The notes: generated by a model not told the origin, from the letters alone. A stretch of 56,957 bases of DNA from Clostridia bacterium (GCA_017938885.1 JAGBAS010000066.1:1-56957); one strand, 5' to 3'. Positions 15,994 through 26,393 are shown, numbered from the stretch's first letter. Numbers and translations are program-made.

Positions 15994-18387
15994 TCACAGA
16001 TCCAGCATAGACCGCTGCTCGGTCAGCTCGCCGTTCTTGTACAGCAGGGTCTTGACCTCGAACTTACCGAAGGACAGGTCAAGGGACTTATCGAAGACGG
16101 TGCAGGTGCAGGTCTTGTCTCCGTCTACGCCGTTGAAGAGGCGCACCATGTAGGTCTCGGCATCGGTCTTGCGGAAGCAGGAGAGGGCGACCGTCTCGTC
16201 GGAGAGGGTGACGGCAGGGGTTTCGCGGCGCGCACCTGTGCCGTGAGGATAGAAGTTGAGGGCGTAGGGCTTTTGGGTGAAGGCGGCGGCCTTGCGTTCC
16301 AGGTCGGTCTTACGGCAAAGCTCCAGGCGGAAGGTGAACTCGTGGCGGCCCAGATCAATATAGCGTTGGAAACGGTCTTCGTCGATAATGGGAAGATCGC
16401 CGATGGGATGGGCGCAGTAGACCGAGCCGTTCAAGAGATCGAGGTAGAGCACCCCGTCCTCCAGAGAACAGCCGTAGGTGCCGTCCTTGAAGACTGTCAG
16501 CACCCCGTCGCCGTTTTCAATGCCCACGAAACGCTGGGAGCATTCCTCCAGATTCTCGGTATAGGTTTGGATGCCGAAGGCTGTCTGGCCGATGAATGTC
16601 CCGATATCCGCCACGGGAATGGCCAGCTTCAGCCCTTTGCCCTCGTCGTTCCAGTAGGCGTTGACCGTGACGTCGACGTAGTCGGAATCCTTGTACAGCG
16701 TGTAGGCCACGCGGATATCCGATTTGCCCGTGTCATAGAGGCTCTCTACGGTGGTAAGGAGGTCGCCCCGTTCGATGACACGAAGGGAGGTCTTGCAGGG
16801 GACCGGAGTGTAGTTCTTCCCTACCGTTCTCATGTACCAACCCCAGGGGTCGGGGTTGTCGTCGTAGACAATCGGGGTAAAGGCACTGCCCTTGAGGTAT
16901 TCCATGCCATCCACCGTAAAGGAGGTCAGCGCACCCGTGGCGACGTCGAAGGTGGCCTTGGTTCCCTGCTTCGTGGTGAACTCGGTCTGGGGAGTACGAT
17001 CCAAGAGCTTCTTGGTACTGCGGCACACCTCCACGTCGAAGCGGGTCATGGACAGAGGATTGAGGGTGGTATTGATGGCCATGCGCTTACTGCGGTCCAG
17101 GTTGATGCAGGAGGATTCCTTGACGAGCTGGAAGGGGACGGGTTCTCCGTCTCGCTTGACGGTAAACTCGTAGCCTTCAGTCTCGGAGCAGATGCCGTCC
17201 AGAAGGAAGAAGTCGGCTGTGAAGATGGACTCCTCGGCGTAGGGATTGGGGTTGTAGACGAAGATGGGGTACTTCAGGGGGACGGCCTTTTCATAGTCGC
17301 GGCACAGGGCCATGAAAGCCTTGGTGAACTCCTTATCCAAAAGCTCCAGGGCGTAGTCCATCTTCTGCATACTGCTCTTCTCTCCCTCGATGATGCAAGT
17401 GCCCGACAGGACATCATGGAACTGCACCATGGCCATGCGCTTCTGGGCGTCGTCGAAGGCGACGAAGTTGTAGTCGTACAAGCCCTCAGCATCGGCGTAG
17501 GCGCAGATCTTCTCAGTCATGAGGAGCTTGTTCTCCAGCTCGGCGTAGCGACGCTTGAGGCGGGCGATGGAGGTATAGCACTTGACGAAGCAGGGCTGGA
17601 GGGCGGCGTCCCACTCCGCTTTGGGAGCGGAGGCGGCGAAGAAGGCCTCGGGGGTGGAGTGGAAGATCTCCACGCCCTCGGTTTTCTGCTCCTCCATGAA
17701 GACGGCCAACTCGGAAAGGTCCTTGCGAGAGGCACCGCCGCCGTGGTTACCCACGCCCCAGAGGGCAAAGGCGATCTCCTCGCCCTGCTCGAACCAAGGC
17801 TCCATCTTGCGCTTGACCGCCGCCACCGCGTCGCCCAGGCCGTTGGTGTAGATGGTCAGATCGTCGAAGCGGGCGGTCTTGACCGAGCTGCCGTCAAAGC
17901 CCTTCCAGTCGACGTAGTTGGCGGGCAGCTCCATGAATGCAGGCATGGGACGGCAGCAGATGTAGCCGCTGTAGCCGCACTTGGAGAGGATCTGGACCAG
18001 GCCCCGGGTGTGGCCGAAGGAGTCGAAGTTGACCGCTGCCGTGGGGATCACGCCGAACTTCTCCTTGAAGTAGGTAAGTCCCGACTCGATCTGACGGACA
18101 AAGCCCTCGCCGGAGGGGATATTGCAGTCGGGCTGGACGTACCAGCCGCCCATGATATGCCACTTGCCCGCCTTGACCAGGCCTTTGATGCGTGCAAAGA
18201 GGGCGGGGTCGTAGGTCTCCACAAACTCGTAGAGGAGGGCTTCGTTGTGGCAGAAGATGTAATCGTACTCCTCGGCGATTTCACAGGCGGCGTAGAAGGT
18301 GGCCAGGGCGGCGGTGGCGCCCTCGTTCCAGTCCCATTGCCAGACAGGGTCGAGGTGTGCGTTGCAGATGAGGTGAAGCTGTTTCAT
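15994..18387 (-). CDS. alpha-mannosidase, GH38
   Basis: NAHLDPVWQW, GGWYVQPDCN, DSFGH nucleophile motif, GVGNHGGG, QFHDVLSG. Confidence 0.92.
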   Translation of the reverse strand: MKQLHLICNAHLDPVWQWDWNEGATAALATFYAACEIAEEYDYIFCHNEALLYEFVETYDPALFARIKGLVKAGKWHIMGGWYVQPDCNIPSGEGFVRQIESGLTYFKEKFGVIPTAAVNFDSFGHTRGLVQILSKCGYSGYICCRPMPAFMELPANYVDWKGFDGSSVKTARFDDLTIYTNGLGDAVAAVKRKMEPWFEQGEEIAFALWGVGNHGGGASRKDLSELAVFMEEQKTEGVEIFHSTPEAFFAASAPKAEWDAALQPCFVKCYTSIARLKRRYAELENKLLMTEKICAYADAEGLYDYNFVAFDDAQKRMAMVQFHDVLSGTCIIEGEKSSMQKMDYALELLDKEFTKAFMALCRDYEKAVPLKYPIFVYNPNPYAEESIFTADFFLLDGICSETEGYEFTVKRDGEPVPFQLVKESSCINLDRSKRMAINTTLNPLSMTRFDVEVCRSTKKLLDRTPQTEFTTKQGTKATFDVATGALTSFTVDGMEYLKGSAFTPIVYDDNPDPWGWYMRTVGKNYTPVPCKTSLRVIERGDLLTTVESLYDTGKSDIRVAYTLYKDSDYVDVTVNAYWNDEGKGLKLAIPVADIGTFIGQTAFGIQTYTENLEECSQRFVGIENGDGVLTVFKDGTYGCSLEDGVLYLDLLNGSVYCAHPIGDLPIIDEDRFQRYIDLGRHEFTFRLELCRKTDLERKAAAFTQKPYALNFYPHGTGARRETPAVTLSDETVALSCFRKTDAETYMVRLFNGVDGDKTCTCTVFDKSLDLSFGKFEVKTLLYKNGELTEQRSMLDL

Positions 18388-18428
18388 GGGTTGCATCTCC
18401 TTTTTCGGATTTTCGTGCTTACAGAAAT

Positions 18429-18457
18429 ATTATAACGGGGAATGCTGCATTTGTCAA
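18429..18457 (-). promoter_or_regulatory. sigma-A promoter of the GH38 gene
   Basis: TTGACA-17 bp-TATAAT on the minus strand. Confidence 0.8.
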
Positions 18458-18489
18458 GAACTTCCCTCTTGATTATTTTCGGAAATTGT

Positions 18490-18935
18490 GATACAATGGT
18501 AATGATATCCAAATTATGTAGCTTATCAGCCGGTATGACACCGATGAGTTGAACGATGACGGAAAGGTAGAGGTCAGTTTTCGTGGAACACTGCGGATGC
18601 TTCTGTTTTCGGAGAGTGCGAAGGAATCCTTGAACAGATTAATGGTGCGTTCCACGGTAACACAGTGCCTATAGAGATCATCCCCACGTGCTGTATTTCG
18701 CGGAACACCGGGACAGAGACGGAAATCCTTGCCCGGATAGGTATAGACACACCGCCCATAGGAAGAATCTGTGCAGGGTGTCTCACAAGCGACATCGGAT
18801 TCTCAGAGACATCGACCTTCTTGGAGTTTCTCGGATTCATGTAATAACCGCCCGAGCAACGCCAAACTTGTTTTGATCATAGAATAGATGTCTTAGGAAT
18901 CGAATGCCGCATCGCCGAGAAAGGCGTAGGGGTGC
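18490..18935 (-). pseudogene. decayed DDE transposase fragment (IS4/IS5/ISNCY-type)
   Basis: minus-strand pieces across frames: AFLGDAAFDS*DIY, MNPRNSKK, PCTDSSYGRCVYTYPGKDFRLCPGVPR, VERTINLFKDSF, TDLYLSVIVQLIGVIPADKLH; internal stop and frameshifts. Confidence 0.75.
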
Positions 18936-18970
18936 ATTCGGTAAAAAAATTAAAAAGGAGATCTACAACC

Positions 18971-19864
18971 ATGAAAAACATGAATTACTCGTTTGACAAG
19001 CATCCCACCCCCGTATTCGGTGACGAGACCACGGGCACCGTGTTCGATGCCTATGTCTGGGAGCAGAACGGCAGACTGCGTATGGATTTTTCCTGGAGAC
19101 CCCGAAAGGCTCTGGGCGTGACCTTCTCGGATGACGGCATACACTGGGAGGAGCCTGTGGTCACGCTGGACCTCTCCGAAGCCAATGCGTGGGAAAATAA
19201 TCTCAACCGCAACTGCGTCATCCCCGACCCCAAGGGCGATGGCTACCTGATGTGGTACACCGGCCAATGGTGGGACGAGAGAGGTGGATCTTCCAAGATC
19301 GGCCTGGCCCGCTCGGAGGACGGCATCCACTTTTTGCGTTGCAGCATGGAGCCCGTCATGATCCCCGAGGCAGACTTCGAGGGTGCGTCTGTGATGAACC
19401 CCTTCGTGATGTACGAGGATGGCAAGTTCCGTATGTGGTACGCCGCAGGCGAGACATACGAGCCCAACGTCATCTGCTACGCCGAGTCGGAGGACGGCAT
19501 CCACTGGGAGAAGTATGCCCAAAATCCCATCTTCAGCTGTAACCCCGAAAAGGAGTACGAGCAGAATCGCATCGGTGCCTGCCAGGTGCTTCATGAGGAG
19601 GGTGGCTACCTCATGTTCTACATTGGCTATCGGGACATCCATACTGCCTGCGTCTGCGCCGCCCGCTCGAAGGACGGCATCACGGGCTGGGAGAGAGTTC
19701 CCGAGAATCCCCTGGTCATGCCTACCCCCGGCTCATGGGACGAGTTATCCTGCTATAAGCCCACCGTCATCCGCGACGAGGATGGCAGTTACCGCCTGTG
19801 GTACAACGGACGGAACAATCGCGTCGAATACATCGGCTACGCCAGCGGTAAGCTGGATAAGTGA
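18971..19864 (+). CDS. five-bladed beta-propeller glycoside hydrolase (GH43/32/130-like)
   Basis: repeated MWYTG/MWYAA/MFYIG/LWYNG blades and repeated SxDGIHW Asp-boxes; AAGGAG RBS. Confidence 0.8.
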   Translation: MKNMNYSFDKHPTPVFGDETTGTVFDAYVWEQNGRLRMDFSWRPRKALGVTFSDDGIHWEEPVVTLDLSEANAWENNLNRNCVIPDPKGDGYLMWYTGQWWDERGGSSKIGLARSEDGIHFLRCSMEPVMIPEADFEGASVMNPFVMYEDGKFRMWYAAGETYEPNVICYAESEDGIHWEKYAQNPIFSCNPEKEYEQNRIGACQVLHEEGGYLMFYIGYRDIHTACVCAARSKDGITGWERVPENPLVMPTPGSWDELSCYKPTVIRDEDGSYRLWYNGRNNRVEYIGYASGKLDK

Positions 19865-19934
19865 CCCATACATTAGGCGATTGTAAATTGGTCAGTTTAG
19901 ACGTATAGACCCGTTTGAAAGTGCTGACTTTTCA

Positions 19935-20099
19935 ACGCGCATTCTCCCTCATCCACTTCGCGGGAACTCCCCCCCTGAGGGAGCCTTAAATGCTTGACTC
20001 ACGGAAATACTTTTTCCGACAAGTATTTTTTGCCCGCGCCCCAAAAGCCTCCTCCGGAAGGAGGCTCCGCCCGCAGGCGATGGAGGAGGATGCGTGCGT
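19935..20099. repeat. degenerate pair of REP-like arms
   Basis: ACGCGCATTCTCCCTCATCCAC..CTCCCCCCCTGAGGGAGCC and an inverted GCCTCCTCCGGAAGGAGGC..GGAGGATGCGTGCGT. Confidence 0.55.
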
Positions 20100-20217
20100 A
20101 AGGATAGGATTTTCTTACTGGATAAAATGAGTTTTTTGACCCGCTAAATACTTTATACGTCAATGCTTTTTGCGTTTTGCAATTGCCTCACATCCCAATA
20201 TCCAAAGGAGGCTTTCC

Positions 20218-22296
20218 ATGCGTATCTGCACAGACACCGGCATGATCCTATCCGTGGACTTTTCTGCGGGACATATCACGTCCCTGCTCATAAACGGTAC
20301 GGAGCGTGTCATCGCTCACACCCCCTTGTTCCGTGTCCGTCTCCGTGACGGGGCGGGACAAGCCTACCACTGCACCGCCTATGAGGCAGGCACCCGCGCC
20401 GAGACCGAGTTTGGCGGTCTTTACTGCGATTTCCCCGCTCCCTTTGAAGAGCTGACCGTCACCGTGACCCTATCCGAGGCGGATGGCGGTGCCTGCTGGG
20501 GCATTTCGGCAACCCCCAACACCAAGGATGCCTTTGTCGAGTGGGTGGACTTCCCCCGTGTGACCCTTCCCGATCTCAAGCGGGAAAATCCCAAGACGGG
20601 CGGTGAGATACTGCTCCCCTACAACGAGGGCATTCTGGTCTCCAGCCATCTCGAGCGTGACTGCACCGACTTCCGCTTCTGGGAGCCTGAGTACCCCTCC
20701 ATCGGGTGCTACTCCCTGTTTCCCAACATGATCTCCTCCCAGATGATGGCCTACCTGTGGAAGGACGCGGGACTTTATATCGGTATTCACGATCCCGAGC
20801 GTGGCGTCAAATCATTGGATTTCTTCCGTGACGGTGACGGCACCACCATGCAGCCTCGGCTGTTCTGCGGCATAGATTTCGGCGAGACCTTTACCACCGA
20901 TTATCCCGTGGTCTGGAAGGCCACCGACGGGCGGTGGGAGTCTGCCGCCGAGATCTACCGCGCGTGGTTCGAGGGGCATCTGCCTCCCAAGGCGAAAAAG
21001 GTCGTGGAGGATGCAACCCTGCCCGCGTGGTACGAGGATTCCCCGCTGATCGTGACCTACCCTGTTCGTGGGTGGCATGATACCGACGTCATGGATCCCA
21101 ATCCCATGTTCCCCTACACCAATGCCCTGCCCGTGCTGGACAGCATCCGTAAGGCCACTGAGAGCCGTCTCATGGTGATCCTCATGCACTGGGAGGGGAC
21201 CGCTCCCTGGGCGCCCCCCTTCGTCTGGCCTCCCTACGGCGGAGCGGAGAGCTTCACCCAATTCAGAGATGCTCTCCACGGTCAAGGGGATATGCTGGGC
21301 GTGTACTGCTCGGGCTTCGGCTACACTACGAAGAGCCGTTTGGTGGATGACTACGCTCCCGTGGACTACTATGAGAAGAACGGCCTGGCGGCGGGCATGT
21401 GCTCGGGGCCCGACGGTAAGGTGGCCATCAGTAAAATTTGCACCGCCCAGCGCGAGGGCTACGACGTCTGCCCCGCCTCCCCCGTGGGGCGCAAGCTGCT
21501 GGACGAGGCCTACGCCCCCCTCTTTGAGGAGAGCGGGCTGGATTACGTGCAGATTTTGGATCAGAATCACGGCGGCGGGCAGTATTTCTGCTACGCCAAG
21601 GATCACGGCCATCCCCCCGCGCCCGGGGCGTGGATGACGGGGGCCATGCAGGATATGCTGAGCGGCTGGAACGAGAAGGCTCCCTCCATGCTCTTCGGCT
21701 GTGAGTCGGCAGCGGCGGAGCCCTTTATCGGGAACCTCCGCTTCAGCGACAACCGTTTCGAGCTGAACTACTTCACGGGCCGTCCCGTACCGCTCTACGC
21801 CTATCTCTACCACGAATACCTCCGCAACTTCATGGGTAACCAGGTCTGCGGAGACCTGCGGGGCGAGTACGAAACGCTGACCCACCGCATCGCCTACTCC
21901 TTCTCGGCCGGGGATTGTATGACCCTGGTCCTCTCTCCCGACGGGCGCATCCAGTCCTACTGGGGTCAACGTGACCTGTCCGACCTTCCCGACGAGGGGA
22001 AGGTGCTGACCCTCATTCGAAACCTCACCCGATTCTATCGTGAGGAAGGCAAGCCCTACCTCTACGCAGGACGCATGATCCCTGCCCTTCCCGTGGATTG
22101 CGGCGAACGTGCCTTCATCGGCAACTGGGGAACCCGTTCCTTCACCATGCCCTTCCTCCATTCCACGGCGTGGGAGGCGGGCGACGGACGGCGGGCGCAG
22201 ATCGTGGTCAATCCAGAGGATCGCGATATGAACTGCCGCGTAGGGGATGCGGAGGTGACCGTACCTGCTCTGGGGGCGTTGCTGGTTGAGCTTTGA
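20218..22296 (+). CDS. putative glycoside hydrolase-like protein (DUF6259-like)
   Basis: 692-aa ORF with AAGGAGG RBS; aromatic-rich; YVQILDQ and GCESAAAEP candidate catalytic motifs; family assignment from memory. Confidence 0.55.
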   Translation: MRICTDTGMILSVDFSAGHITSLLINGTERVIAHTPLFRVRLRDGAGQAYHCTAYEAGTRAETEFGGLYCDFPAPFEELTVTVTLSEADGGACWGISATPNTKDAFVEWVDFPRVTLPDLKRENPKTGGEILLPYNEGILVSSHLERDCTDFRFWEPEYPSIGCYSLFPNMISSQMMAYLWKDAGLYIGIHDPERGVKSLDFFRDGDGTTMQPRLFCGIDFGETFTTDYPVVWKATDGRWESAAEIYRAWFEGHLPPKAKKVVEDATLPAWYEDSPLIVTYPVRGWHDTDVMDPNPMFPYTNALPVLDSIRKATESRLMVILMHWEGTAPWAPPFVWPPYGGAESFTQFRDALHGQGDMLGVYCSGFGYTTKSRLVDDYAPVDYYEKNGLAAGMCSGPDGKVAISKICTAQREGYDVCPASPVGRKLLDEAYAPLFEESGLDYVQILDQNHGGGQYFCYAKDHGHPPAPGAWMTGAMQDMLSGWNEKAPSMLFGCESAAAEPFIGNLRFSDNRFELNYFTGRPVPLYAYLYHEYLRNFMGNQVCGDLRGEYETLTHRIAYSFSAGDCMTLVLSPDGRIQSYWGQRDLSDLPDEGKVLTLIRNLTRFYREEGKPYLYAGRMIPALPVDCGERAFIGNWGTRSFTMPFLHSTAWEAGDGRRAQIVVNPEDRDMNCRVGDAEVTVPALGALLVEL

Positions 22297-22317
22297 TCTG
22301 CATTGTTTTAACGAAAA

Positions 22318-22347
22318 AAAGAGAGGCTGTACCGATGGCCTCTCTTT
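22318..22347. terminator. bidirectional terminator (hairpin A)
   Basis: AAAGAGAGGC...GCCTCTCTTT between convergent genes. Confidence 0.75.
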
Positions 22348-22375
22348 CGTTTGGGTATTTCTCTCTGTACGCGCG

Positions 22376-22666
22376 TTATGTAATCTGCATGGAATCCCGT
22401 TCCCTTACCGTGTCCTCGGCCATGGCCGCGCCCAAGGCGTACCCTGCGCGAAAGGCGGCGATCTCAGAGGCCTCGGAGAGCTTCATCTCGGCGGTCTCCA
22501 TCTCGTGGAACAAACGGCGGGTCTCCTCGTCGGTGATGCGGCCCTCCAGCTCCTTTCGGAGCTTCGACCAAGCATCGACCAGCTTTTGATTCTCGGGATT
22601 ACGGAGTAAGAAGCTTTCAGAGGGACGAAGCTTACCGTACCAGAGGGCGTTCAATGCGGGTTCCAT
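22376..22666 (-). CDS. small helical protein (DUF6809-like)
   Basis: 96 aa; MEPALNALWYGKLRPSE N-terminus and AFRAGYALGAAM C-terminus; AAAAGGAG RBS. Confidence 0.7.
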   Translation of the reverse strand: MEPALNALWYGKLRPSESFLLRNPENQKLVDAWSKLRKELEGRITDEETRRLFHEMETAEMKLSEASEIAAFRAGYALGAAMAEDTVRERDSMQIT

Positions 22667-22702
22667 AGAGTATCTCCTTTTCATATGAAATAGGAGCGCA
22701 AT

Positions 22703-22733
22703 AAAAAAGTGCGCCCTGCAACGCAGAACGCAC
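22703..22733 (-). terminator. intrinsic terminator inside the 5' leader
   Basis: GUGCGUUCUGC-GUU-GCAGGGCGCAC followed by U6 on the minus strand. Confidence 0.8.
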
Positions 22734-22754
22734 CCAACAGTACTTCCACATTGC

Positions 22755-22895
22755 TGCGACACAATTTCATACATGCTTCCAAGGCAACGATTCGCATAGC
22801 GAAAAGAGTCTGTCCACACATACTAGTGAAAGTACATGCTGGCAAACTGACATTGCCTTATAAAAAAGCATATAGAGATATGAAATTGTGTCGCA
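22755..22895 (-). ncRNA. candidate structured leader/sRNA
   Basis: perfect 17-bp closing stem, further G-U-containing stems and two apical hairpins; begins at the predicted TSS. Confidence 0.65.
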
Positions 22896-22900
22896 AGGGT

Positions 22901-22929
22901 ATTGTACCACAAATACGGGCGGTTGTCAA
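22901..22929 (-). promoter_or_regulatory. sigma-A promoter driving the structured leader
   Basis: TTGACA-17 bp-TACAAT with extended TG. Confidence 0.8.
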
Positions 22930-22947
22930 GGGGTTTGGGGGGATTTT

Positions 22948-23263
22948 CAAATTTGGGTTTGTCGGGGCGTTCTTTTGCCTTCCCCAGCGGGGAAGGGGGA
23001 CCGCGAAGCGGTGGATGAGGAGAGCATTTGTAGACCAGCTTTCTGGGTGAGAGGCTAACCTTCATACCGCTTTTTTCGTTTCCGAAAATTAAAAAGATAA
23101 CCGCATCAACCGTTTTGTTACCTCCAACCGCATGGTTGTAGGAACGTAATTATACACCCGATAGGTGGACCTTCATCCGATCTCCTCATCCACCGCCTCG
23201 CGGTCCCCCTTCTCCGCTGGAGAAGGCAAGGGAGCGGTCAACTCACCTACAAACCCCAATTTG
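22948..23263. mobile_element. bipartite REP/MITE-like non-autonomous element
   Basis: 15-bp terminal IRs (14/15 match) CAAATTTGGGTTTGT / ACAAACCCCAATTTG; inverted double-hairpin arms. Confidence 0.75.
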
Positions 23264-23284
23264 CAGGTCTCATTCTATCAACCC

Positions 23285-23317
23285 AGAAAAGAGAGGCCAC
23301 AATGACCTCTCTTTTCT
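23285..23317. terminator. terminator hairpin B (direct repeat of 24262-24292)
   Basis: GAAAAGAGAGG-CCACAATGA-CCTCTCTTTTC. Confidence 0.75.
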
Positions 23318-23330
23318 GTATGCAATCGAT

Positions 23331-23555
23331 TTATTTGTGAGCATTCTCGATACGCTTCATAAGCTCCGAAGCAGGCATATCCAACGCCTCGGCAATTTTG
23401 AAAAAGGTCTCCAAGGTAGGCTTGCGAACCCCTCGCTCAATGGCACTCAAATGAGTACGCCCGATCCCCGCCAGACCACTGACCACCTCTTGGGAGAGTC
23501 CCTTTTCCTCGCGGACGGCTTGGATCACGGTCCCTACCTTGTTTGTCTCTGCCAT
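23331..23555 (-). CDS. XRE-family HTH transcriptional regulator
   Basis: REEKGLSQE...IGRTHLSAIERGVRKPTLETFFKIAEALD; AAGGAG RBS. Confidence 0.92.
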   Translation of the reverse strand: MAETNKVGTVIQAVREEKGLSQEVVSGLAGIGRTHLSAIERGVRKPTLETFFKIAEALDMPASELMKRIENAHK

Positions 23556-23613
23556 ATCGTACTCCTTTTTTCTTGATTATACTATACCCAAGAAAAAACG
23601 CTGAATACATATG

Positions 23614-23642
23614 TTGACAAACGAACACAAATGTGTTATAAT
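23614..23642 (+). promoter_or_regulatory. sigma-A promoter with overlapping palindromic operator
   Basis: TTGACA-17 bp-TATAAT; AACACA-AA-TGTGTT palindrome at 23624-23637. Confidence 0.75.
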
Positions 23643-23671
23643 GAATCAGAAAGAACCGTTTGGAGGCTTAT

Positions 23672-24241
23672 ATGTTTAAGATCATAATTGGGGTAGTATT
23701 TACTATTGCCATCGTTGTTGGTGCTTGCATATTGTGTGTAAGGCTTGAAAAGAAAGCATCGGAGGAGGCAGCACAAAAGAAGCAGATGGTAGAAAGAGAG
23801 CGATCAGCACGGGTAAAACGCATATTGAATAATCCCGCTTTTCAAAAAATGATGGATCACTGTGTGCGTATCTTTTTTGATGATTTGTTGTTTTGCGAAC
23901 AAAGAAGAGACAGTGTTTTTTGGGTTCGCATATATGTATACGGTAATAGAATTGAAGTACATCATTCATATAAAAATAGGGAAATTACATTCCGGCAATA
24001 TGATATGGAAAATATAAAAGAATTGGATATTCTATTTGCATTTATGGAGTCAGCAAAGCAATATTTGCCCCAAAAAATTATAACAGAATTAGAGAATCGA
24101 GGGTTCCATAACTGCACTTGTACTGTAACATGGGAAAGGAAAACAGAAAGAGACCTGGGCAACGATGATAAATGGCATGAGTATACTTTCAATAAGATCG
24201 ATGTTACATGCAAGTTTATTTATGAATTAAATCAATGGTAA
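23672..24241 (+). CDS. AT-rich hypothetical protein with N-terminal TM anchor
   Basis: GGAGG RBS, hydrophobic N-terminus, visibly AT-rich relative to the host genes. Confidence 0.75.
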   Translation: MFKIIIGVVFTIAIVVGACILCVRLEKKASEEAAQKKQMVERERSARVKRILNNPAFQKMMDHCVRIFFDDLLFCEQRRDSVFWVRIYVYGNRIEVHHSYKNREITFRQYDMENIKELDILFAFMESAKQYLPQKIITELENRGFHNCTCTVTWERKTERDLGNDDKWHEYTFNKIDVTCKFIYELNQW

Positions 24242-24261
24242 TAGAAATAGTGTTCATATAC

Positions 24262-24292
24262 GAAAAGAGAGGCCGCAACGACCTCTCTTTTC
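24262..24292. terminator. bidirectional terminator of groEL (hairpin C)
   Basis: GAAAAGAGAGG-CCGCAACGA-CCTCTCTTTTC between convergent genes. Confidence 0.8.
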
Positions 24293-24323
24293 CTTATGCG
24301 GTAAAGTGTTCCGAAGACACGTT

Positions 24324-24357
24324 GTATCTTGTATCTTGTATCTCCGTATCTCGTATC

Positions 24358-24359
<2 letters not shown>
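24324..24359. repeat. tandem GTATCTY heptamer array abutting the groEL stop
   Basis: GTATCTT GTATCTT GTATCTCC GTATCTC GTATCTT. Confidence 0.8.
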
Positions 24360-26001
<1,642 letters not shown>

Positions 26002-26028
26002 TTACCTCCAAAAATGTGCTTTGCGGAA

Positions 26029-26316
26029 TCAGTCCACGACTGCGAGGATATCATCCTCGGAAAGAATGGTGTACTCGGTACCGTCCAGCTTGACGGCGGT
26101 GCCTGCGTACTTGCTGGCGATGACCTTATCGCCGACCTTGACGGTCATGGGGGCCAGCGCGCCGTTGTCGGTGACCTTACCGGGGCCGATGGCGATAACC
26201 TCGGCTACCTGGGGCTTCTCCTGGGCGGCGGCCGTCAGAAAGATGCCGCCCGAGGTCTTCTCCTCCGCCTCGACGAACTTGATGACGACACGGTTGGAAA
26301 GGGGATTGAGCTTCAT
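26029..26316 (-). CDS. groES: co-chaperonin GroES
   Basis: [18 protein letters not shown] mobile loop, [15 protein letters not shown]; AGGAGG RBS. Confidence 0.97.
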   Translation of the reverse strand: MKLNPLSNRVVIKFVEAEEKTSGGIFLTAAAQEKPQVAEVIAIGPGKVTDNGALAPMTVKVGDKVIASKYAGTAVKLDGTEYTILSEDDILAVVD

Positions 26317-26393
26317 AGTTGATTGCCTCCTATACTGTGCGAATGTCGCATTTTTTACATATTTTGCCCCCCTAACGGGGCTTTTGTCGGGTT

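Noticed and set aside
15967-18435. Long antisense ORFs (822 aa here; also 7808-10093, 24235-26322, 26525-28564, 28820-30661 and others)
   Set aside because: They are shadows of well-supported genes on the opposite strand, expected from GC-rich codon bias; no RBS or motifs
18498-18960. Possible long riboswitch leader for the propeller GH
   Set aside because: Better explained as an antisense transposase remnant
22318-24292. Integron attC array
   Set aside because: No GTTRRRY/RYYYAAC cores, no integrase, and the cargo carries its own promoters; kept only as a repeat-bounded cassette hypothesis
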